Origin: Nostoc sp.
GTDB lineage: Bacteria > Cyanobacteriota > Cyanobacteriia > Cyanobacteriales > Nostocaceae
Assembly (NCBI GenBank): GCA_036918135.1
Contig: JBALDB010000002.1
Location: forward strand, 224,001 to 288,000
DNA length: 64,000 nt
Direction of reading: 5' to 3'
This document shows, one piece after another, positions 10,999 to 20,783 of this stretch. The notes under the pieces are model-generated. The model saw only the letters and a program-made list of their open reading frames with translations, was not told where the DNA came from and ran no database searches. How positions within the stretch are numbered: position 1 is the first letter of the stretch; the number at the start of each line of letters is the position of its first letter. Made by a program: the position numbers and the translations under genes.

Positions 10999-11595
10999 AC
11001 TCGCCTGATAACTTTACTACTACACGGACATAGCAATCGGGTCTTCTGTGTTGCCTTTAGTCCCAACGGACAATTTCTCGCCAGTGGCAGCGCCGACCGT
11101 ACTATTAAACTTTGGAGTCCCCATATAGGAAAATGTCTGAATACTTTGCACGGTCACGCAAGTTGGGTCTGGGCAATTGCTTTTAGTCCAGATAGTAACT
11201 TACTTGCTAGTGCCAGCCACGACCATACAATCAAGATTTGGGATGTGCATTCTGGTGAATGTTGGCAAACATTACAGGGACATCCTGGTTCTGTGCTAGC
11301 GATCGCTTTTAGTGCTGACGGCAAAACTCTCTTCAGTTGTGGCCATGAAAAGATAGTTAAACAGTGGGATGTTGAGACAGGAAAATGTCTGAATATTTGG
11401 GAGGCAGACCCAACAGGGTTTGGGCAGTTGCCGTCAGTCCAGACGCTCAATACATTGCCACTGGTGGTGATGAGCAGACAATCAAACTGTGGGACATTTA
11501 CACAGGAACTTGTCAGGGGATATTCCAAGGACATAGCGGCCAAATTGTCTGTATTCTGTTCACTGCCGATGGTAACCGCATGATTAGCAGTAGCA

Positions 11596-11624
11596 GCGAT
11601 GTCTACGACGGGCTACGCCTACGC
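11596..11624. repeat. 21-nt SDR5-type repeat inserted in a HIP1 site
   Basis: GCGAT-[GTCTACGACGGGCTACGCCTA]-CGC; in frame (adds about 7 aa). Confidence 0.8.
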
Positions 11625-11911
11625 ACCATTAAAATTTGGCATCTAGTTACTGGAGACTGCCTTACTACATTAGAAAATCACCAAAATTGGGTGTGGTCGC
11701 TCAGTCTGAGCCACGACGAGCGAACTCTCCTCAGCGCTAGCCAAGATGAAACAATCAATTGTTGGGATGTTGTTAGAGGACAATGCTGGACAACTTTGCG
11801 GCCAGCCCGTCCCTATGAAGGCACAATTATTACAAAGGTTAAAGGGTTGACTCAAGCAGAGATGTCAACTTTAAAAGCTTTGGGTGCGGTAGAGGTGAAA
11901 TCAAGTTGATT

Positions 11912-12081
11912 AATGCCTGTCAACTCTCGCTAAATTAGAGAAATTATCAAATAATTCCTTAGTGTTTTCGTAGGAAAAATTACAACTAGTATATTTTATA
12001 TATTGGTACTTATAGGCATAGGAATATCTTCCCTGCTATCCTTTTGTTCAATGCCTGTCAACTTTCGCTAAATTGGAAAAA
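11912..12081. repeat. 32-bp direct repeat pair (11912-11943 and 12050-12081)
   Basis: AATGCCTGTCAACTYTCGCTAAATTRGARAAA, 29/32 identical. Confidence 0.85.
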
Positions 12082-12103
12082 GGTAAACTCAAGGAAATTT
12101 TCA

Positions 12104-12799
12104 ATGTCAGCACAATTGTTACTGGTGGATGATGAACCAGGGATACGGGAAGCCGTGAAGGACTATTTGCAAGAGAGCGGTTTCAGCGTTCAAGTCGCCA
12201 GTAACGCCCTTGAAGGTTGGGAATGGATGCAACTCAATACACCCGATCTAGTCATTTCTGATGTTATGATGCCCCAAGTGGATGGCTATCAGTTCCTCAA
12301 ACAACTGCGGGAAGACCCCCGCTTTCAAGCACTCCCGGTAGTATTTTTAACTGCTAAAGGAATGACAGGCGATCGCATCCAAGGCTATCAAGCTGGTGTT
12401 GATGCTTATCTTCCCAAACCCTTCGACCCAGATGAGTTAGTGGCGATAGTCGAGAATTTGCTCGCCCGCCGCACTGCTAAAGCTGCAACTACAACAGACG
12501 ACCTTGAAACCCCTGATATTGCTGAACTAGCCAATCAGATTGCCCAAATTAAGGCCTTGTTAACTCAAAGAAATGCCATTTCCCAATCTCCAGCCCCTTT
12601 CAAAATTGATTTGACCCCCAGAGAACAAAGTGTTTTAAACTTGGTTGCTGAAGGCTTAATGAACAAAGAAATTGCCCGTCGTTTGGAAACCAGCGTCCGC
12701 AACGTAGAAAAGTACGTCAGCCGTTTGTTTAGTAAAACCGGCACCAATAGCCGTACAGAGTTAGTTCGTTTTGCTCTAGAACACGGTCTTGCTAAATAG
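12104..12799 (+). CDS. NarL/LuxR-family two-component response regulator (Ycf29-like)
   Basis: Receiver domain (LLVDD, DVMMP, FLTAK, KPF) plus LuxR HTH (LTPRE..VL..VAEG..NKEIA); ATG 12104 preferred over TTG 12044. Confidence 0.92.
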   Translation: MSAQLLLVDDEPGIREAVKDYLQESGFSVQVASNALEGWEWMQLNTPDLVISDVMMPQVDGYQFLKQLREDPRFQALPVVFLTAKGMTGDRIQGYQAGVDAYLPKPFDPDELVAIVENLLARRTAKAATTTDDLETPDIAELANQIAQIKALLTQRNAISQSPAPFKIDLTPREQSVLNLVAEGLMNKEIARRLETSVRNVEKYVSRLFSKTGTNSRTELVRFALEHGLAK

Positions 12800-12802
12800 A
12801 CA

Positions 12803-12943
12803 TTGGGCATGGGGCAGGGGAAGGGGTGGGAGGAGAGGGAAGTGTGGGAAGGATGGCAAGAGGGGGAGGCATAAATTCTCTTTCTCCCCACACTCCCCAC
12901 ACCTCCCACACTCCCTATCTCCTCATCTCCCTACTTCCCCCTT
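12803..12943. repeat. Inverted purine/pyrimidine short tandem repeat block (STRR-like, possible terminator hairpin)
   Basis: G-rich GGGAG/GTGTGGGA arm followed by a C-rich CTCCCCACA arm. Confidence 0.6.
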
Positions 12944-13415
12944 CAGAGTGTAATCGGTAATAGGTAACTAGCTGCTAAACCATAACCCATTACCAGTAAT
13001 AGATAAAACATAAGTATTTCAGCAAATTGGGCACTTAAGCTAAAGCAAAAAGCCGAAAGAAAGGTTATTTATTTTTACTTTGGTCTTTTAGATTTTCATT
13101 TGATTTACACCTGTTGTCCAACACTCCATCTGTAAAGACACAGGGCTTTATTTTTACCCCTATGTTTTGATGTTAACTCGGTAAAATGCACCCAGCTGAA
13201 TTTGCTTTAAGATTCTACCAGTAACCTTTGCTACAAACTTTTTCATCAAGGAAACTGTTCCTGGGATTTCGTGCTGCTAAAGACTTTTACAAATGTAGAA
13301 ATCAAATAATTTTGATTAATTCTACTTACTGCTTAGTTTTTATTGCAACGGGGGTATGAGATCGCTATTTTATTTGATACCTAATTACCGACTTTTCACT
13401 ACTTAAATTACACCT

Positions 13416-13700
13416 TTAACTTTGGGGATTTTCAGCAGCATTACGCAAGCGCATTAGCTGGCGTCGCATTTGAGGTGAGGCTTTAAACTCTGATACTTCC
13501 TGCGCTTTAACGGACGCTTGTAGCGTCTCCAGAAAATCATCAGAACCCTCAGTCAAAGCATCGAGCAGCACTTGTAAGAGTTGCTCGCGATCGCCCAACA
13601 GACTTTTTTCTTCAATCAACCGAAATTTGAGATGTATTTCGCACTCATAAACACCTACTTCGAGATTATTGATCTGGCGTGGTAATGCTTTGGAGTTCAT
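13416..13700 (-). CDS. Npun_R1517 / Asr1734-like small regulator of heterocyst development
   Basis: 94 aa, VGVYECEIHLKFRLIEE...MRRQLMRLRN recognised from memory; sits next to ndhM as in Nostoc/Anabaena. Confidence 0.8.
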   Translation of the reverse strand: MNSKALPRQINNLEVGVYECEIHLKFRLIEEKSLLGDREQLLQVLLDALTEGSDDFLETLQASVKAQEVSEFKASPQMRRQLMRLRNAAENPQS

Positions 13701-14592
13701 AGCTATTGAGATTCCTTTACTTAGTAGTCATGAGGTTAAGGAGGTAGATGTCCAGCAAAAAGTTCTTTATATCTTTTTTGAATCCAAAGTGCTTGAATTA
13801 AGAATTTTTCTTCATCAAACACCAATGTATTCCATTTCACTCTCCTGTGTTTTGCTTTCAAGCTCAATTTTCATTGTCTAGATTTCGATGTCACTGTGCC
13901 AGATGTAGCTTATGGTAAGCCATAACTATTATTCAGTTTTTAAGATTCTACACAATAAAGTTTCTGTAAGAAGTTGTCCGAGCTTTTTAAAGCTTTTTAC
14001 ATCAACTTTATCTGAACGTCAATAACAGTTTGACTTGTTACTTGATTTTTGGTGTTTGTACGTAAGTAAAAGCGCTGATTTTTTTGATTTTTATTAATGC
14101 CAGAGGTTAGTGTAGCGTTATTCCGTAAAATTACTAGATGTACGTTTTTTTTCAAGAGTAAATTTATGAGAAATTGAGCGATATAGCTATTAAAGTAAAA
14201 ATTTTTCTTCTCGAACAAAAATGTACACAGATCAAATTATTCCAGCAAAAGACCTTATCCTAGTGTTTTTTAGACTTAATAAATACAAAAACCTTAGCAG
14301 TAGGCAACAACAGCATACCACTCAGACAACGTTTGTCTTCCTTAAAGAAAAATTCTCTACTCATTAATTGTGGTGTGAAAATTATGAGGTACTGTCAGTA
14401 CTAGTAGTTAATTGCAACTTCAACTACTAACAATAAGTCAAATGGTAATCAGTACAAGCAATATTTTTACTTATGTCAATTCAATATACTCTATTGAAAC
14501 TGCTCTGAAAGCTTGTAAATTAAGAGCATTCAAGCTTGAATATAGCGTTTACAATAATTTCAGTGTAATTCACCCAAATCTTCCACCTTTTT

Positions 14593-14952
14593 ATGGATAA
14601 CCCGATGCTGCTCAAGTCCACAACTCGGCACATCCGCATTTTTGCGGCTGAAATTGACCAAGATGGCGAACTAGTTTCGAGCGATCAAGTTTTAACCTTA
14701 GATATTGACCCAGACAACGAATTCAACTGGAATGAAGATGCGCTGCAAAAGGTTTATCGAAAATTTGATGAACTAGTAGAAGCATCTAGTGGTGCAGACC
14801 TCACAGACTATAACTTACGCCGCGTCGGGTCTGACTTGGAGCATTATCTGCGATCGCTCCTGCAACTCGGTGAAATCAGCTACAATCTCTCTGCCCGTGT
14901 TACCAACTACAGCATGGGAATCCCCCAAGTTGCAATTGACGACAAGCAATAA
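14593..14952 (+). CDS. ndhM: NAD(P)H-quinone oxidoreductase subunit M
   Basis: MLLKSTTRHIRIF...LTLDIDPDNEFNW...YNLRRVGSDLEH. Confidence 0.93.
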   Translation: MDNPMLLKSTTRHIRIFAAEIDQDGELVSSDQVLTLDIDPDNEFNWNEDALQKVYRKFDELVEASSGADLTDYNLRRVGSDLEHYLRSLLQLGEISYNLSARVTNYSMGIPQVAIDDKQ

Positions 14953-15620
14953 GGTAGAGGACTAAGCTGCTCTTGCATCTAACGCAGCACGTTTTTTCGT
15001 GTTGAGAGCCAGTTGCTTCAAGCGTCTCAACCCGTCCAACGCACTGGTTCCTGTTGACTGTTGACTGTTAACTGTCAGCAGTCAACCAACAAAGCCAACT
15101 GATTGTGTAATTTAAACGCCCAATAGCTTACTTGTATTTGATTGCACTAAAAAACTCGCTCTTAACTCGGAAAGGCTGATGCCCTATTCCCTACTCCCAA
15201 GTCATGCAAATTAAGTTCAAAATTCAAAGCTGATTACTATATCTTAATTCTTAATTAAAGTTAATTATTGCTATCCTACTTATAAACTAGATAAATACCA
15301 ATATTATCTGTCTATTGAACATGGAGTAATTTAGCAAAAGCAAATAGCACAGTTATGCTTGAGTTATGTTTTGGTGACAGGGTTGGAGTTAGTTGCTTTG
15401 GTGATGGAGAGTCGCAGAGCAATAGAAGCTATGATGGGGCTGTAGGGTTAACTTGGGAGCATATTCTTTAGATAAGTTAAGTATTAGCACCTGCTGATAA
15501 CCGCCAGCTAAAATCATCATTTAAAGTCTGGATATATCAAGTTTAAGCAAGATGAGCGGTCTAGATTGTCCCTACAAATGCTATTAAAGAAATTGCCAAT
15601 CGCCGATCGGTGGGAAAACT

Positions 15621-17876
15621 ATGGAAAATGATGCGGCAACGCTCTACTGTCCACATGAAAATTGTCAGGCTGCCAACCCCCTGACTCATAAGTTTTGCCA
15701 GCGATGTTCCACACCCCTACCGAAAAATTACCTCTGGGCTGTGGTGGATGGTCAGAGTTTAGGTAACCCTGGAAAAATATTAGCCGATCGCTATTTAATT
15801 GTTGATAAATTTGTTCTATTAGATACGAAACCTGGTTTATTAACCCTAACACCAGAATTAGAGAATTTACAGATTCCTAAAGCTTACCTGAGACTCATTC
15901 CCTACCGCTTACACGTACCGCAAGTATATGGAGTCCTTCGCCTAGTTAATGACTCGTCAGGACAAGACATATTACTTTTAGAAAAACCGCCACTATTGCT
16001 TGATGAGAAAACCCAACAAGTGCATCTAGCCCAAACAGCGCTTGCCGCTTGGCGTGATGCTACATCGATGCGCCAGCTCAATTGGTTGTGGCAAATAGCT
16101 CATTTATGGCAACCTCTAGCCACTGAAGGTGTCGCTTCTAGCTTGCTTGACTCCTATGTATTACGAGTAGAAGGATCGTTAGTACGTTTGTTGGAATTGC
16201 GTTTCGACAAAGCTACATCACCAGAATTGCCCGAATTAGGTAAATTCTGGCAGCAGTTGATTGCTAACGCTAAACCGGCCGTAGCCGAATTTGTCGATCG
16301 CATTAGCCTTTCCCTGATCCAGGGAGAGATTCACTCACCAGAACAATTAATCGCAGTTTTAGATCGCGGACTGGCTGGGTTAGGGCGATCGCAAACACCC
16401 ACAATTAAAATTATCACTAAAACAGATACTGGCCCAAGTCGCCAACGTAACGAAGACGCCTGTAGCCCACCCAGTGGTACTTTGGTGAGCAAACCGCCCC
16501 AGCCCACAGCCTTAGCAATTGTCTGTGACGGTATCGGCGGACACGAGGGTGGCAATGTGGCATCAAATTTAGCCATTGAAACAATCCAACAGCAGGTACA
16601 GCAACTCACCAAAGTTCCCTACGACCACATAGACCCCTCATTACTGCTGAATGACTTAGAAAAAGCAGTGGCAATGGCTAATGACAAAATTAGTCAGCGC
16701 AATGACGGTGAAAATCGCCAAGGGCGTCAGCGCATGGGCACAACTTTAGTCATGGCATTGCCTGTGGCTCACGAAATGTACATCACCCACGTAGGTGATA
16801 GTCGTGCTTACTGGATTACACGCCAGGGCTGTTATCAAGTTACCCTAGATGATGATGTTGCTTCGCGGGAAGTGCGGCTGGGTTATGCTATTTACCGCGA
16901 GGCTGTGCAACAAAGTTCCGCAGGCTCTCTCGTCCAAGCTTTGGGGATGGGCCCTAGCACTTCACTGCATCCTACATCTGCACGGTTTATGCTCGATGAA
17001 GATGCAGTTTTTCTGCTCACCTCCGATGGTTTAAGTGATTTCGATCGCGTAGAAGAGTACTGGGAAACAGAAATCTTGCCGATTTTGCTTGGACAGACAA
17101 ATATCGTCAATGTCGCAGATAGATTAATAGAAATCGCTAATACTAAGAATGGACACGATAATGTCACCGTCGCTTTAGTACACTATCAAGTCCAATACTG
17201 GGAACCAGAGATCGTTATCAAAGCAGTCATTCCAGAAAGCTACTCCGCAAAAACTGTTGATTTGGCATCTAAAGGTGCAGATACGTCAGTTTTAAGTAGC
17301 CCAAACCACAAAACTCAGGTGATTGAGGAAAATCAACCAGCCAAAACTCGTCAATTACCGCTACAGTGGATAGTTCCCTTACTATTTGTACTAGCAGCAG
17401 GTTCTGTGGGATTGTTCGTCCAACAATTGCGATCGCAATCAGGACTTCCAGTTGTATCATCCAATCCTACGCCAACTCAAAGTCCTATTGCAACTACACA
17501 ACCACCGCGAACCCTTAATAACCTTGCTCCTGGCTGGGTAATCCAAACCAACAATCAAATCTCTTTGGGAAACAACCAACTGCTTCCTGCTAAAAGTTTT
17601 TTAGAAGTTATCGACACTAAACCAAATCCCAAACCTGCATCTGGAGATTTTTCAGTAGTTATGCGAGTTTGTACCAATAAAGGGACGCCAACTCCAGCAT
17701 CCTCTCAAGCACCATCTCCATCAAATCCTGGATTGAACGCCCAAAAAACAGTATCGATTCAATTTCAACAACTCAACCGTTTTGGAGTCTTTGTTTTGCC
17801 ATCATCCGCACCAAATCCATGTAAAACTGTCATCCAACCCCCAGTTACTCAACCACCTGATATCAGTCCAACTTAA
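15621..17876 (+). CDS. prpJ: Membrane-anchored PP2C Ser/Thr phosphatase (PrpJ-like) with N-terminal zinc ribbon and degenerate kinase-like region
   Basis: CPHENC...CQRC; R..NED, VCDGIGG, GTT, HVGDSRAY, SDGL and GHDN PP2C motifs; TM segment near aa 585; Pro-rich tail; follows ndhM. Confidence 0.8.
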   Translation: MENDAATLYCPHENCQAANPLTHKFCQRCSTPLPKNYLWAVVDGQSLGNPGKILADRYLIVDKFVLLDTKPGLLTLTPELENLQIPKAYLRLIPYRLHVPQVYGVLRLVNDSSGQDILLLEKPPLLLDEKTQQVHLAQTALAAWRDATSMRQLNWLWQIAHLWQPLATEGVASSLLDSYVLRVEGSLVRLLELRFDKATSPELPELGKFWQQLIANAKPAVAEFVDRISLSLIQGEIHSPEQLIAVLDRGLAGLGRSQTPTIKIITKTDTGPSRQRNEDACSPPSGTLVSKPPQPTALAIVCDGIGGHEGGNVASNLAIETIQQQVQQLTKVPYDHIDPSLLLNDLEKAVAMANDKISQRNDGENRQGRQRMGTTLVMALPVAHEMYITHVGDSRAYWITRQGCYQVTLDDDVASREVRLGYAIYREAVQQSSAGSLVQALGMGPSTSLHPTSARFMLDEDAVFLLTSDGLSDFDRVEEYWETEILPILLGQTNIVNVADRLIEIANTKNGHDNVTVALVHYQVQYWEPEIVIKAVIPESYSAKTVDLASKGADTSVLSSPNHKTQVIEENQPAKTRQLPLQWIVPLLFVLAAGSVGLFVQQLRSQSGLPVVSSNPTPTQSPIATTQPPRTLNNLAPGWVIQTNNQISLGNNQLLPAKSFLEVIDTKPNPKPASGDFSVVMRVCTNKGTPTPASSQAPSPSNPGLNAQKTVSIQFQQLNRFGVFVLPSSAPNPCKTVIQPPVTQPPDISPT

Positions 17877-18023
17877 TCAAATAATCGATAAACTAGTAAA
17901 AACCTGGAATAATAACAGGTAACAACCAGAGTCAAAAACTGACAAGGTAAAAAAGTCAAAATTTTACCTTAGAGAACTGTTATTTGAAATTATTTATTTT
18001 TAGCTTTTAGTTTTATAGAATCC

Positions 18024-19604
18024 ATGCCATCCCTGAATTTGGCGATCGCCCGTCTCATAAATACTGGCACTGACAACTTCGCCATTTGGGTGGTCAAGGC
18101 TCCCTATCCCAGTGGCTATGTTTTACGTGACTGTATGTGGCCTGTTGAACTCACCCAAGTGTGGCAAGAATGGCAGCAGATGTTTGCTGGTCATAGTCGT
18201 TTAGATCTTCCCCCAAACTCAACACCTCAAAATAGCAACCCATTGCCCATTGATGCTATTTCATTGCCTTCAGGTCAGACCACTGGCCCTTACAGCAGTC
18301 GTTTGATGCAATACTTAGGAATGAATTTATGGCGTTGGGTATTCGATGGACAAATTCTCAGTAGTCTAGAACGCAGTCGTGGCATTGCTATGGGTCAGCA
18401 TACACGCTTGCGCTTTCGATTAGAAATTCGCGACCCAGATCTGATTGCTCTACCTTGGGAAATTATGCAGCGCGAGCCTGGTCAATCGGCTATGTCCCTT
18501 TCCCAAGATTTGCTATTTAGTCGCACCAGCAGTGAAGTCGATCCCTTACCATATTTACGAACTGACCAGGCTTTAAATATCCTGTTGGTTTTAGGTCATG
18601 ATGACAACCTGCAATTAGAACAAGAAGCGCTAATTTTACAGCAAACTCTTGTTGATACCCCAGTGGATAGTAATTCCCAAAGATATGCACACTGCATGGT
18701 CAATCAACTCCTACAACCAACTCCAGAGGAGTTGATTCAAGAACTAGAAACCAAAGCATATAATGTTTTCTTTTATGCTGGTCATGGTTTGCCAGACCCA
18801 GACGGGGGATTACTGTTTTTGCGGCCAGACATGACACTTAACGGTATAGAATTAGCTCAAGCATTGACCCGTACAGGTGTGAAGCTAGCAGTTTTTAACG
18901 CCTGTTGGGGGGCGCAACCAGCTGCTAGCAATCATCAAGCGATACCTGCCAGCAGTTTGGCAGAAGTATTAATTAGGCATGGTCTACCAGCGGTTTTGGG
19001 GATGCGTGATGAAATCGCCGATCGCGAAAGCCATAGTTTTATTCAAGCTTTTGCTGAAGCTTTGCGATTGTATCAGCCAATTGATGAAGCTGTGACCCTA
19101 GCTAGAAAAGAATTATTAACGCTGTATAGATTCAATCAACCTGCATGGACTTTGCCCGTTCTTTATTTACACCCAGATTTTGATGGCGAACTGATTAAGA
19201 ACCTAGATGAAGGAATTACCGAATTACCAGACACAGCCATTCCCGATCTAGATTCGGTGGTTCCTAGTGCAAGTTTGCGATCGCTCTCTTCAAAAGATAA
19301 AACCTGGTTATTGCGTTATGGAGTCACTCGCATCGGTCGCACTAAAGATAATGATATTGTCATTCCCGAACCGTCGGTTTCTAAACGCCACGCTGAAATC
19401 TTCTGCCGCAATACTTTGACTGATGCTACACTGGTGCGAACTTATTATTTGCAAGATTTTTCTACCTACGGGACAACGTGGTTTTTAAGCCCTAATGGCT
19501 GGCAACAAATCCTCCGAGAGGAAGTCCCCTTGAAATCGGGTATGCAGTTAAAGTTTGGAAGTGCTAGAGGTGAAACTTGGGAGTTTATTATTGAAGACTC
19601 CTAG
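18024..19604 (+). CDS. CHAT (caspase-like) domain protein with C-terminal FHA domain
   Basis: LPWE, FYAGHG (His), FNAC (Cys); FHA motifs IGR...VSKRHA. Confidence 0.88.
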   Translation: MPSLNLAIARLINTGTDNFAIWVVKAPYPSGYVLRDCMWPVELTQVWQEWQQMFAGHSRLDLPPNSTPQNSNPLPIDAISLPSGQTTGPYSSRLMQYLGMNLWRWVFDGQILSSLERSRGIAMGQHTRLRFRLEIRDPDLIALPWEIMQREPGQSAMSLSQDLLFSRTSSEVDPLPYLRTDQALNILLVLGHDDNLQLEQEALILQQTLVDTPVDSNSQRYAHCMVNQLLQPTPEELIQELETKAYNVFFYAGHGLPDPDGGLLFLRPDMTLNGIELAQALTRTGVKLAVFNACWGAQPAASNHQAIPASSLAEVLIRHGLPAVLGMRDEIADRESHSFIQAFAEALRLYQPIDEAVTLARKELLTLYRFNQPAWTLPVLYLHPDFDGELIKNLDEGITELPDTAIPDLDSVVPSASLRSLSSKDKTWLLRYGVTRIGRTKDNDIVIPEPSVSKRHAEIFCRNTLTDATLVRTYYLQDFSTYGTTWFLSPNGWQQILREEVPLKSGMQLKFGSARGETWEFIIEDS

Positions 19605-19748
19605 CAGAGCTATTGTAAAATTCTATTTTGGTCTTTAGTATCAATTTTGAAAATCTGTTTTTACTTTAGAGAAAATCAACTTTTTTGCGGAAATCTCTTC
19701 TGGGCGGTTGTAGCTGTCAATACTACCAAATAATTGTGAGGCAAAAAA

Positions 19749-20396
19749 ATGACTAATAAAATTAATGGCTCAGACGCTTTTTCTTCTTTCGAGTCTCAAG
19801 TAGATTTAGAATTTTTAGAAGCCTTGCTAGAACCAGACGATGCTACTTATCCTTGGAATCCGGCTGATGAAGAGTCAGAAGCTTATTTTCAAGAATTAGA
19901 ACAAGACTTCGGGATGCAAGATTTAATAGATGGAGAACTGACAAGGCGATCGCAAGATTTTTATAACCATCTAGACACACTTTGGTCTGGTGTCTCATTT
20001 AATGAAAGCCATAATCACCATCCACAACAGTCTCTAGTTCTTAATCTCCAAGAGACATTGCGTAATACTTTTTGTAGTTGCGTTCCCCAAACATTACTTA
20101 ACACCATTGCTGCCAAAGCTGCTGAGATATTTTCTCCTCAGCAATTTCGGGGCGAGCAACTTGTTGAGTGCGTTCAAACAGTACTACCAACTTGGGGAGC
20201 AGAGGATCTTTTAGTCTTAGCTCGTCCTTTTGCTTATGCTATGCGAAGTAGTGAATCACACAACCAGACACCTACCATTAGTAACATTAATGATAGTGAG
20301 TGGACAGCTTTATCAGAGATAGAGCAAGCCAAGGTCAGTTTGGCGATTGCTTATTACGCTTTGACTCAACTTGATAAATACAAGTCCGAATCGTAA
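19749..20396 (+). CDS. Conserved acidic hypothetical protein
   Basis: 215 aa ORF co-oriented with the CHAT-FHA gene; YPWNP and ARPFAYAMR motifs. Confidence 0.75.
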   Translation: MTNKINGSDAFSSFESQVDLEFLEALLEPDDATYPWNPADEESEAYFQELEQDFGMQDLIDGELTRRSQDFYNHLDTLWSGVSFNESHNHHPQQSLVLNLQETLRNTFCSCVPQTLLNTIAAKAAEIFSPQQFRGEQLVECVQTVLPTWGAEDLLVLARPFAYAMRSSESHNQTPTISNINDSEWTALSEIEQAKVSLAIAYYALTQLDKYKSES

Positions 20397-20783
20397 TTTC
20401 AGTTTGCTATTTCTGTTTAGAGAAATTAAATTTTTCTGACAGGTAAATTTATCTGCTAGTATTGTGTTGCCTTTTAAACACTCCCAGACTTTTAGTTTTA
20501 TAAGTATAAGAATACTAACTTAGAGTAAGCATAGGCTAATTAGAGAATTAAACCATCTATCCCAAGACATACATATTTAATAGTGATTAGGAATTGGGAA
20601 TTGGGCATTGCCAATGCTAAGTTAGGAGTTATTCTCCCTCATCTCCCGGTTGGTAAACGACTTGCCGTGACTTGTACCGAGCAAAGCCGAGGTAGCGTAG
20701 TCGTACCCCTGCTTTTAAGCAAGCTAGTAAGAGCGTTCCGTAGGGAAGGGAGTCGAACCACATCCCCCCATTCCCCCGATCCG

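Larger units (their letters stand above)
10591..11909 (+). pseudogene. Decayed HTH-NB-ARC-WD40 (STAND) gene
   Basis: ATG 10591 (MTVEEAIAL...), in-frame TAA at 10657; DWGEA..FYGR..EL..L..W..RLITLL runs straight into WD40 repeats, so the P-loop domain is missing; frameshift near 11400; typical RPYEG..IT...GLT C-terminus. Confidence 0.85.

Noticed and set aside
13860..14590. NtcA or DIF1 sites and small ORFs between the asr1734-like gene and ndhM
   Set aside because: No exact GTA-N8-TAC or TCCGGA found by eye; the ORFs are low-complexity and AT-rich
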